A DNA stretch of 64,000 bases, from the NCBI GenBank assembly GCA_964418255.1, contig CAYQKV010000001.1, forward strand, positions 150,901 through 214,900. The letters run 5' to 3'. Both the position numbers and the translations under genes were made by a program. This document shows positions 53,823 to 61,558 of the stretch, piece after piece. The notes under the pieces were generated by a model. It was not told the DNA's origin and made no database searches. It worked only from the letters and a program-made list of their open reading frames with translations. This DNA is from an uncultured Christensenella sp. Lineage in GTDB: Bacteria; Bacillota; Clostridia; Christensenellales; DTU072. Numbering within the stretch: the first letter of the stretch is position 1; every line of letters starts with the position of its first letter.

Positions 53823-54596
53823 TTAAAAATTTATTTCCGGCATATTATGGGTTGCTTTTCCACCCATAACGTAATACCCTTCGGCAAAAATCTTTCCGCA
53901 TTTCAACCCGTTTCTTAACGCGGTGAGTTTAATAAGGCTGTTATACGTTCTCATATAGACAAACCTATCCTCGTTTTTTTCGGGCACAAGCGAAACGTTC
54001 ATCATAACCGCGTGCAATTTCGCTTCGAGCGCGCCTCTGACGTTTATGAACACGTTTGGTCTTACTGTATTATAAAACGCAATCGCTTTGACGTTGAATT
54101 TTTCCGTACTAATCTCTTTCTTTCCGCTTCTTAATTCGTTTATAGCTTTGATTGTCGCTTCGGTCGTAACTTTATCGCCGCTCATCAATTCGTTCGGCGT
54201 ATTTATATCGTCGATAAACACCGCGTCGGGTTGAAATTTTGAAATAACCGCGGCAATTTCCTTTGCCATATCTTCCGTTATCTTTTCGCCTATTTTTCCG
54301 TCTTCGAAATCGAGAAATTCGACTTCTTTAACTCCGAGTACGGCGGCGGATGCCAATTCTTCCTTTCTCCGTCTTTCGGTATACTCTTCTTTCGAAACTC
54401 CCTCTTTTCTCGGTTCCGCGCTAAAATCCGTGGTAATTAAAATTTTAACTTCCTTATTTGTTTTTGCAAACTTAGCGACGGTCCCTCCCGCCGCTTTTGC
54501 AATATCTCCCGCGTGCGCCGCAATAAACAGGAATTTATTGTATTTCCTTATATCGGGCGCGGGCACTATTCTTTTTATTAAAAATCCGTAGCACAT
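53823..54596 (-). CDS. PIG-L/LmbE-fold deacetylase-like protein with degenerate metal and catalytic motifs
   Basis: 257 aa. FLFIAAHAGDIAKAAGGTV aligns with the (A/P)HPDDE...GG motif. LGVKEVEFLDFEDGK matches the family's second block. No HPDH-like third motif is seen. Confidence 0.55.
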   Translation of the reverse strand: MCYGFLIKRIVPAPDIRKYNKFLFIAAHAGDIAKAAGGTVAKFAKTNKEVKILITTDFSAEPRKEGVSKEEYTERRRKEELASAAVLGVKEVEFLDFEDGKIGEKITEDMAKEIAAVISKFQPDAVFIDDINTPNELMSGDKVTTEATIKAINELRSGKKEISTEKFNVKAIAFYNTVRPNVFINVRGALEAKLHAVMMNVSLVPEKNEDRFVYMRTYNSLIKLTALRNGLKCGKIFAEGYYVMGGKATHNMPEINF

Positions 54597-54608
54597 ATCT
54601 CTATATTT

Positions 54609-54640
54609 ACAAAACGGTGCGAACTTACGTCCGCACCGTT
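54609..54640 (-). terminator. Candidate terminator after the 93-aa gene
   Basis: Minus strand AACGGTGCG-10 nt-CGCACCGTT followed by TTGTAAAT (short T-run). Confidence 0.45.
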
Positions 54641-54659
54641 ATCTTCTTCAACAGACTTT

Positions 54660-54941
54660 TTACTCGTCGATTTCGTCTTTGAGTTCTTCCGAATCGTCTT
54701 GTTTCGGTTCGGAAACGGGCGAATAATCGGGCAAAGCGCCTTCCGCCTTAAATTTCTTATAGGCTTCGAGGTACTGGTCGATATAGTCGTTTTTGTATGC
54801 GTTATAATACTCGGTAAAATAATCCCTGTTTCCGTTCGCGTCAAAAACCGGTTCGGGTTTTTTCAATTCGAAAGAGTCCAGCGGATTTACGGGAGCCGGT
54901 TCCGCCACGGGTGGGGCTACTTTCTTCTTTTTCTTACACAT
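54660..54941 (-). CDS. Small hypothetical protein, Lys-rich N-terminus, Pro-rich linker, acidic C-terminus
   Basis: 93 aa from the ATG at 54941 (GGAGG 5 nt upstream; the ORF-track start is a TTG four codons earlier). Has its own promoter and a candidate terminator. Confidence 0.5.
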   Translation of the reverse strand: MCKKKKKVAPPVAEPAPVNPLDSFELKKPEPVFDANGNRDYFTEYYNAYKNDYIDQYLEAYKKFKAEGALPDYSPVSEPKQDDSEELKDEIDE

Positions 54942-54970
54942 ACAACCCTCCAATTAACAATTATATTGAA

Positions 54971-54999
54971 ATTATAACATATCGCATCATAAAACGCAA
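54971..54999 (-). promoter_or_regulatory. Sigma-A-type promoter of the 93-aa gene
   Basis: Minus strand TTGCGT-17 nt-TATAAT with a TGn extension. Confidence 0.6.
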
Positions 55000-55021
55000 T
55001 ATGTTTTTTCACAAAATGCAA

Positions 55022-56548
55022 TTAAAACAACGCTTTTCCCGTCATTTCCTGCGGTTGTTCCACGCCCATAAGTTTAAGTAAGGTAGGCGCGACGTCCGCA
55101 AGCGTTCCGCCGCTTCTCATTTCACACTTTCTGTCCGTAACAAGCACGATAGGCACGGGGTTCGTCGTATGCGCGGTAAACGGTCCGTTTTCGTCAAACA
55201 TTTTGTCAGCGTTTCCGTGGTCCGCCGTGACGATTGCCTCTCCGCCGACGGAAATTATCGCGTCGATTACCTTTTTGAGTTGTTCGTCTACGGTTTTCAC
55301 CGCTTTAACCGCCGCGTCGAATACTCCGGTATGTCCTACCATATCGCAGTTTGCGAAATTGAGTATCATTACGTCGTATTCCCCGCTCTTTACGAGTTCC
55401 GCCGCTTTATCCGCGACTTCGATTGCGCTCATCTCCGGCTGCATATCGTACGTTGCGACCTTGGGAGACGGTATCAGCACTCTGTCCTCGTTTTCGTTGG
55501 GTTTTTCCACCCCGCCGTTAAAGAAAAACGTGACGTGCGCATATTTTTCCGTTTCCGCAATTCTCAGCTGTTTCAGTCCGCATTTCGAGAGGTATTCTCC
55601 GAGCGTATTGACGAGGCTTTGCGGTTTGAACGCCGTTTCGAGATATGCGGCAAACGACGCGTCGTACTGGGTCATTCCTACGTATGTAGGTTTCAAATAT
55701 CCCTTTTTGCGTTCGAACCCCGTAAAATTTTCCATAATAAACGCTCTCGTAATCTCTCTCGCTCTGTCGGGGCGGAAATTAAAGAATATGATACTGTCGC
55801 CTTCATCCACGGTTGCGACGGGTTTTCCGTTCTCCACAACGACCTTAGGCACGACAAACTCGTCGGTAATACCTTCCTCGTAGCTCTTTTTTACCGCCTC
55901 TACGGGATTTTCGCAAGTTTCGCCTTCGCCCATTGTCAACGCGTTATACGCTCTTTCCACTCTTTCCCAGCGATTGTCTCTGTCCATTGCGTAAAATCTT
56001 CCCATAACCGAGGCGATTTTTCCGAACTTCTCTTTTCCCATAAATTCGGCGAGCTGTTCCACGAACTCCGCGCCGCTCTTCGGAGGCACGTCACGCCCGT
56101 CAAGGAAGCAGTGTACGTAAATGTTATCGAGTCCTTCCGCTTTTGCCGTTTTGATAATTGCGAACAGGTGTTCGATATGCGAATGCACGCCGCCGTTGCT
56201 AAGCAGCCCATAGGTATGCAATTTTTTACCGTTCTTTTTCGCCGCGCGTATCGCGCCCAAAATCGCTTCGTTTTTGGCAAAATCGCCGTCTTTTATCGCT
56301 TTGGTAATTCTCGTCAGTTCCTGATAAACAACTCTGCCCGCGCCCATATTGAGGTGTCCTACTTCGCTGTTTCCCATTTGTCCGTCGGGTAAGCCCACGT
56401 CCATTCCCGACGCGCCTATCGCCGTATGGGGATATTTTTTTTCGAGACTTCTGAAATACGGCACTCCCGCCGCGGCTATCGCGTTGCCTTTCGTTTCGGG
56501 GTTGATTCCAAACCCATCGAGAATAATCAATCCGTACGTCTTTTTCAT
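55022..56548 (-). CDS. gpmI: 2,3-bisphosphoglycerate-independent phosphoglycerate mutase
   Basis: 508 aa from the ATG at 56548 (GAGG RBS). LIILDGFG, GNSEVGHLNMGAGR and ADHGNA motifs. Confidence 0.95.
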   Translation of the reverse strand: MKKTYGLIILDGFGINPETKGNAIAAAGVPYFRSLEKKYPHTAIGASGMDVGLPDGQMGNSEVGHLNMGAGRVVYQELTRITKAIKDGDFAKNEAILGAIRAAKKNGKKLHTYGLLSNGGVHSHIEHLFAIIKTAKAEGLDNIYVHCFLDGRDVPPKSGAEFVEQLAEFMGKEKFGKIASVMGRFYAMDRDNRWERVERAYNALTMGEGETCENPVEAVKKSYEEGITDEFVVPKVVVENGKPVATVDEGDSIIFFNFRPDRAREITRAFIMENFTGFERKKGYLKPTYVGMTQYDASFAAYLETAFKPQSLVNTLGEYLSKCGLKQLRIAETEKYAHVTFFFNGGVEKPNENEDRVLIPSPKVATYDMQPEMSAIEVADKAAELVKSGEYDVMILNFANCDMVGHTGVFDAAVKAVKTVDEQLKKVIDAIISVGGEAIVTADHGNADKMFDENGPFTAHTTNPVPIVLVTDRKCEMRSGGTLADVAPTLLKLMGVEQPQEMTGKALF

Positions 56549-56625
56549 ATTTATTTCCTCTATATTTGATAATTCGACCCGTAAAACGCAATGTCGTACG
56601 GGTCGCAAATGTTTAATCGGTTTGA

Positions 56626-57372
56626 TTAGTAGTTTACTACTTTCGCAAAATCTTCCGCTTTGAGACTTGCTCCGCCGATGAGTCCGCCGTCAATCTGCGG
56701 CATAGCCATAAGTTCGGAAGCGTTCTTCGGATTCATACTGCCGCCGTACTGGATACGGATGGAGTTTGCGCTCGCTCTTCCGTAAAGTTTTCTGATAGCC
56801 TTACGAATGATTTTAATCGTGTCGTTAGCGTCCTGAGCGGTAGCGGTTTTGCCCGTTCCGATAGCCCATACGGGTTCGTACGCGATAACGATTTTTTTCA
56901 GTTCCTGTTTGGATATATCTTTGAGCGCGCCTATCGTCTGTCTGGTAACGACTTCCGCGGTCTTTCCGCTTTCTCTTTCTTCGAGCAGTTCGCCTACGCA
57001 AACGATGACTTTAAGTCCCGCGTTAAGCGCGGCTTTCGTTCTGAGATTGACGGTTTCGTCGGTTTCTCCGAAATACTGTCTTCTCTCGCTGTGTCCGGTG
57101 ATAACGTAGCTTACTCTCATTTCTTTGAGCATCTGCGCGCTGATTTCTCCGGTAAACGCGCCTTTTTCCGCCCAATGTACGTTCTGAGCGCCGATTTTTA
57201 TATTAGAACCTCTCGCCGCTTTTCTCGCCGTCACGATGTCGGTAAAGGGAACGCAACAAACGACTTCGCACTTAGCGTCTTTAACAAGCGGAATCAAATC
57301 TTTGATGAGCTGTTTCGTTTCTTCGTTGGTTTTGTTCATTTTCCAGTTTCCTGCGATAATGTTCTTCTTCAT
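56626..57372 (-). CDS. tpiA: Triose-phosphate isomerase
   Basis: 248 aa. AGNWKMN, GHSERR, YEPVWAIGTG and GGAS motifs. Confidence 0.95.
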   Translation of the reverse strand: MKKNIIAGNWKMNKTNEETKQLIKDLIPLVKDAKCEVVCCVPFTDIVTARKAARGSNIKIGAQNVHWAEKGAFTGEISAQMLKEMRVSYVITGHSERRQYFGETDETVNLRTKAALNAGLKVIVCVGELLEERESGKTAEVVTRQTIGALKDISKQELKKIVIAYEPVWAIGTGKTATAQDANDTIKIIRKAIRKLYGRASANSIRIQYGGSMNPKNASELMAMPQIDGGLIGGASLKAEDFAKVVNY

Positions 57373-57414
57373 TTCAACTTTCTCCTTTTTATAATAATGT
57401 ATATTTAGATAAAA

Positions 57415-58725
57415 TTATTTTTCGTTGAGGCACGCGATGCCGGGCAAAATCTTTCCTTCGAAGAGTTCGAGGGACGCTCCGCCGCCGGTGGAAATATGCG
57501 TCATTTTATCTGCAAAACCGAGCTGTGCAACCGCCGCCGCGCTGTCTCCGCCGCCGATAATCGTCGTCGCTTCCGCGTCCGCCATAATTTTCGCAATCGC
57601 TTTCGTTCCTTCCGCGAGTATCGGGTTTTCGAATACTCCCATAGGTCCGTTCCATATCACGGTCTTTGCCGTCGAAATAACTTCCGCATAGAGTTTTCTC
57701 GTCTTTTCGCCGATGTCAACCGCCATCATATCGGCAGGTATCGCGTTTACGTCCACCGTTTTGACGTCGATAACCGCGTCAATCGGGTTCGGGAATTCTT
57801 TGGTGACAACCGCGTCTACGGGAAGATAAATCTTTTTGCCGAGTTTTTCCGCTTTTTTAAGCATATCCGCGCAATATTCGATTTTTTCGTCGTCTACGAG
57901 AGAAGTTCCGATTTCGTATCCCTGCGATTTGAGGAAGGTATAAGACATACCGCCGCCGATTATGAGCGAGTCGCATTTTTCGAGCAAATTGTCGATAACT
58001 TTAAGTTTATCCGCAACTTTCGCTCCGCCGAGCACGGCTACGAAAGGACGAACGGGATGTTCGAGCGCGTCCGCCATAACGGAAAGTTCTTTTTCAATCA
58101 GGAATCCGCAAACAGCGGTCTTGACGAAACCGTATTCTACGATTGCCGCGGTGGAAGCGTGCGAACGGTGAGCGGTTCCGAAAGCGTCGTTTACGTAAAC
58201 GTCGCAGAATTCGGACAGCGCTTTGCAGAACGCTTCGTCTCTTCCTTCTTCGCCCGCGTCGAAACGCAGGTTTTCGAGCAGGACGCATTCTCCGTCTTTA
58301 AGCGCGGCGACTTTTGCTTTTGCGTCTTCGCCTACGATATCGGTTGCAAAGGTAACTTTGCCTCCGAGCAGTTCGTTAAGTCTGTCCGCTACGGGTTTAA
58401 GCGTGAATTTTTTGATGTCTTTTTTCGCCTTTTCCAGCGCGGCTGCTTTCGCTTCCGCCTGTTCCGCTTCGGGAAGCGCGGCGATGGCTTTCTTTTCTTT
58501 TTTGTTCAATCCGAAACCGGGAGTAAAAATATTGTGGGGTTTTCCCATATGCGAGCAAAGTATTACCTTCGCTCCTTGTTCCATAAGATATTTGATGGTG
58601 GGAAGCGCGCCGTTGATACGGTTTTCGTCGGTAATTACCCCGTCCTTCATCGGAACGTTGAAATCGCATCTAACAAGGCACTTTTTGCCTTTTACGTCAA
58701 TGTCACGAATTGTTTTTTTGTTCAT
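57415..58725 (-). CDS. pgk: Phosphoglycerate kinase carrying a roughly 40-aa Lys/Ala/Glu-rich insertion in the N-domain
   Basis: 436 aa from the ATG at 58725 (GGAG 8 nt upstream). [16 protein letters not shown] and GGGDS motifs. The insertion follows SHMGKP. Confidence 0.93.
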   Translation of the reverse strand: MNKKTIRDIDVKGKKCLVRCDFNVPMKDGVITDENRINGALPTIKYLMEQGAKVILCSHMGKPHNIFTPGFGLNKKEKKAIAALPEAEQAEAKAAALEKAKKDIKKFTLKPVADRLNELLGGKVTFATDIVGEDAKAKVAALKDGECVLLENLRFDAGEEGRDEAFCKALSEFCDVYVNDAFGTAHRSHASTAAIVEYGFVKTAVCGFLIEKELSVMADALEHPVRPFVAVLGGAKVADKLKVIDNLLEKCDSLIIGGGMSYTFLKSQGYEIGTSLVDDEKIEYCADMLKKAEKLGKKIYLPVDAVVTKEFPNPIDAVIDVKTVDVNAIPADMMAVDIGEKTRKLYAEVISTAKTVIWNGPMGVFENPILAEGTKAIAKIMADAEATTIIGGGDSAAAVAQLGFADKMTHISTGGGASLELFEGKILPGIACLNEK

Positions 58726-58782
58726 AAATCGTTCTCCTTTCAAAGGGTAAATATATTGCCGCCTTTACTTGCGGTCGATTAT

Positions 58783-58811
58783 ATTCTACCATTTTTTTTC
58801 TCATTAGTAAA
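58783..58811 (-). promoter_or_regulatory. Candidate promoter of pgk-tpiA-gpmI
   Basis: Minus strand TTTACT-17 nt-TAGAAT with a TGn extension. Confidence 0.5.
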
Positions 58812-58922
58812 CTGTTTATCGGACTTTTTTAAGTATTTTCTTTCGAAAAACCTCTTTTTTGCCATTATTTTATCTTTTAATTCCCGCTCTTTCCGCCCTT
58901 ATATTTATGCGTTTTATCTTTT

Positions 58923-59546
58923 CTACTCTATGCGGCTTAGTTTAAGGAAGTTGACGGGCGGTCTTAGGGCGAGTTCTTTATTCCTGAAATCAAACCTTTC
59001 TCCTATCTTTACGCACTCCGTTCTTCCGTCGCTTTTAATCGCGGTATCGTCGTAGAGTCCTACGAATTCCGTCCCGAAAACCGCGTGTCCTTTCGTCGCG
59101 CACATATATTCGCACCCGAACCTGTCGAAAGTGTGGTGAATAATAAAATCCGCTCCTCCGCAAACGCAATTTCCTACCTGCGGGCACAGAAAATCTTTCC
59201 CCACGCACACGCCGAACTTTCCCGCGCTCGTAGTATAAACTTTCTGACATTTTCCCATTGTTTCTTTTTCCGTCATTGCGTCGGAAATGCCTAAAAAAAT
59301 CCCTTTGTCGAACACCGCGACCGAATAATAATTGTCCTCTTCGATTTTCATTTTAGCGCAAAAAGTGATGACCGAACCGCTATCGAACGACATCGCTCTT
59401 GCAACCTTTATAGGTTGTGGAATTTCGTAATAAGACGCAAAAAGTATTTCTTTACGGTAATTTACCATTAAAATATCGCATTCCGAGCAGTCGAGCGTGG
59501 TCAGTTCTCCTGCGCTTCCTACGTTAGCCGTGCGCAATCTAATCAT
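58923..59546 (-). CDS. Hypothetical protein with weak, degenerate carbon-nitrogen hydrolase (nitrilase superfamily)-like pattern
   Basis: 207 aa. KFGVCVGKDFLCPQV loosely resembles the G..ICYD..FPE cysteine block. The Glu and Lys triad positions are not convincingly present. Confidence 0.3.
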   Translation of the reverse strand: MIRLRTANVGSAGELTTLDCSECDILMVNYRKEILFASYYEIPQPIKVARAMSFDSGSVITFCAKMKIEEDNYYSVAVFDKGIFLGISDAMTEKETMGKCQKVYTTSAGKFGVCVGKDFLCPQVGNCVCGGADFIIHHTFDRFGCEYMCATKGHAVFGTEFVGLYDDTAIKSDGRTECVKIGERFDFRNKELALRPPVNFLKLSRIE

Positions 59547-59570
59547 ATTATTAGATATGGCGCGACCTAA

Positions 59571-60215
59571 TTATTTGTTCTTCTTTTTCCTTTTCTTTTT
59601 ATTGATAACTACGATTACGCCGACCGCAACCAGCGCCGCGAATACTCCCGCCGCGATAATTACCGCGAGTTTCTGATTATGGGTAAGTCCCGCCGTCAGA
59701 TTTTCCGCTTTTACAAACCCGAAATCGCCGCCTATAACAATCTTTCGGAAATCTCCGTAATCCTGTTCCTGTTCGATAATAACGTTTACCTTTTCTCCGT
59801 CTCTGATAATCGCTATAACTTCGCTGTTTTCGTCGTGATAACGGTACACTTTTATCTCTTCGGAAGAAGATTTTCCCGTAGCCCGCACGACCTGTATGTC
59901 GTACTCGTCCTCGCCCGCTTTCGAGTACAGATACCCGCGCGGAACAAACCCTTCGTAAAACGAATTATACTTGATTTTTATCCACTGCACGTTGTCGGCG
60001 TCCTTTATCGTTTCGCCGATTATTTCCACGGTTTCGTTGGCGTTTATGTATTCCAACACTAAATCGCTGTCATACGCCGCGTCCAAATACAGAGGCGTTT
60101 TCACAATCGTTTTTACTATATAGTTCGCGGAAGCCGCTCCGCCCGCCGCGACACAAAAAACGACGAGCAAGATTACAGCTATAACCGCAAAACCCACGCG
60201 TCGTCTATTTTTCAT
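59571..60215 (-). CDS. Membrane protein with TM helices at both ends and two SH3b-like beta domains
   Basis: 214 aa. N-terminal TM, two roughly 60-aa repeats ending ...GFVPRGYL and ...GFVKAENL, C-terminal TM plus KKKRKKKNK. GGAGG RBS. Confidence 0.5.
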   Translation of the reverse strand: MKNRRRVGFAVIAVILLVVFCVAAGGAASANYIVKTIVKTPLYLDAAYDSDLVLEYINANETVEIIGETIKDADNVQWIKIKYNSFYEGFVPRGYLYSKAGEDEYDIQVVRATGKSSSEEIKVYRYHDENSEVIAIIRDGEKVNVIIEQEQDYGDFRKIVIGGDFGFVKAENLTAGLTHNQKLAVIIAAGVFAALVAVGVIVVINKKKRKKKNK

Positions 60216-60240
60216 ACTATTTTCCTCCTGCTTCTTGCCT

Positions 60241-61395
60241 TTATTTCTTCATAAGGTCGTGAATTCTCTCGGAAGAACTGAGCAAATCCGCGACGGACTT
60301 ATTCTGATTGCAATAAGCTACGATATACGCTATATATTTACTTACGTCCGCTTCGATAAACCATTCGCACGCTTTTACTTCGGGACTGGTATACGTCAGA
60401 TTTGTGCTTAAAACCGCGGTAAACAAACCTTCTTCATATGCTTTCTGGAATTTTTCTTTACCTTCGGTGAAAATCGCAAACGTAGCGTTGAGGAAAATGC
60501 GTCTTGCTCCGTCCTCTTTGAGGTGACGGCACAATCTGAGCATAGAATCGCCGGTAGCTATAATGTCGTCCGCGACGAAAACATCCTTTCCGTTGACGCT
60601 CGTACCGATATAATCGTGACTGACTATCGGGTTTCTTCCGTTTACAATCGTAGTATAATCTCTTCTTTTATAGAACATTCCCAAATCGAGTCCGAGCACG
60701 GAAGCATAGTAAATATTTCTGTTCATCGCGCCTTCGTCGGGGGAAACAATCATAAAGTTATCTTTTGAAATTTCTTCGTCCGGGAAACGGTTTCTCAATG
60801 CTTTAAGTATCTGATACGTTGCGAAAAAGTTATCGAATCCCATAAGCGGAACCGCATTCTGCACTCTCGGGTCGTGCGCGTCGAAAGTAATTATTTCGCT
60901 TACTCCCATAGCGTAGAGTTCCTGCAACATCTGCGCGCAGTCGAGAGACTCTCTCGAATTTCTTCTATGCTGTCTTCCTCCGTAAAGGATAGGCATAATT
61001 ACGGTAATTCTTTCCGCTTTGCCTCCCGCCGCGGAAATCGCTCTTTTTAAGTCGGCATAGTGGTCGTCCGGTGACATTCTGTTCGGACTTCCGAGCATAT
61101 TATACGTTACGTTATAATTTCCAGTATCGACAAGTATATACAAGTCCATTCCCCGTACGCTGTCGTTTATCATCGCTTTGCCGTCGCCCGTCGTGAAACG
61201 CGGGAAAGAGGAAGACAAAATAAAAGTATCTCTTTTAACAAAGTTCGCGTTGTGTTTCGCTAAATCTCTGTTATACCAGTTGACGAGATACTTATCTACG
61301 AGTTTTCCCATTTCTTTCGCTCCGTCAAGGACAATCAATCCGAGCGGACCGACCGAAGAGGGTTTATCAAATACTTCTGTAAAAAATGTTGGCAT
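60241..61395 (-). CDS. Ribose-phosphate pyrophosphokinase family protein (long, divergent form)
   Basis: 384 aa. PRTase PRPP loop VFVADDIIATGDS and FDAHD. The canonical ...YARQDR... stretch reads YGGRQHRR. Has an N-terminal extension. Confidence 0.7.
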   Translation of the reverse strand: MPTFFTEVFDKPSSVGPLGLIVLDGAKEMGKLVDKYLVNWYNRDLAKHNANFVKRDTFILSSSFPRFTTGDGKAMINDSVRGMDLYILVDTGNYNVTYNMLGSPNRMSPDDHYADLKRAISAAGGKAERITVIMPILYGGRQHRRNSRESLDCAQMLQELYAMGVSEIITFDAHDPRVQNAVPLMGFDNFFATYQILKALRNRFPDEEISKDNFMIVSPDEGAMNRNIYYASVLGLDLGMFYKRRDYTTIVNGRNPIVSHDYIGTSVNGKDVFVADDIIATGDSMLRLCRHLKEDGARRIFLNATFAIFTEGKEKFQKAYEEGLFTAVLSTNLTYTSPEVKACEWFIEADVSKYIAYIVAYCNQNKSVADLLSSSERIHDLMKK

Positions 61396-61426
61396 ACCGT
61401 ACTCCGATTATCTTATGATATACCCG

Positions 61427-61455
61427 ATTATAACATATCGACGAATATTAAGCAA
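61427..61455 (-). promoter_or_regulatory. Sigma-A-type promoter of the prs-like/SH3/CN-hydrolase-like gene string
   Basis: Minus strand TTGCTT-17 nt-TATAAT with a TGn extension. Confidence 0.65.
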
Positions 61456-61488
61456 ACGTTTGCGCGAACTCGCGCCCTTGTTATTTCC

Positions 61489-61521
61489 TTTTTTACACAT
61501 TGTTATTTTTTTTTACACATT
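61489..61521. repeat. Two 13-bp direct repeats TTTTTTACACATT spaced 20 bp apart, upstream of the prs-like promoter
   Basis: Identical 13-mers at 61489..61501 and 61509..61521. On the gene strand they read AATGTGTAAAAAA. Confidence 0.6.
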
Positions 61522-61523
61522 AT

Positions 61524-61548
61524 AAAAGCGGCGCGCCGCGCCGCTTTT
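61524..61548 (-). terminator. GC-rich hairpin terminator after the ABC exporter pair
   Basis: AAAAGCGGCG-cgccg-CGCCGCTTTT. The T-run on the minus strand is only 4 nt. Confidence 0.6.
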
Positions 61549-61558
61549 ATTTTTTCCG

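Noticed and set aside
58744-58922. 28-codon ORF (MAKKRFFERKYLKKSDKQFTNEKKNGRI) in the pgk upstream region.
   Set aside because: It has no Shine-Dalgarno, it overlaps the predicted pgk promoter, and its A-rich, low-complexity coding potential is consistent with chance.
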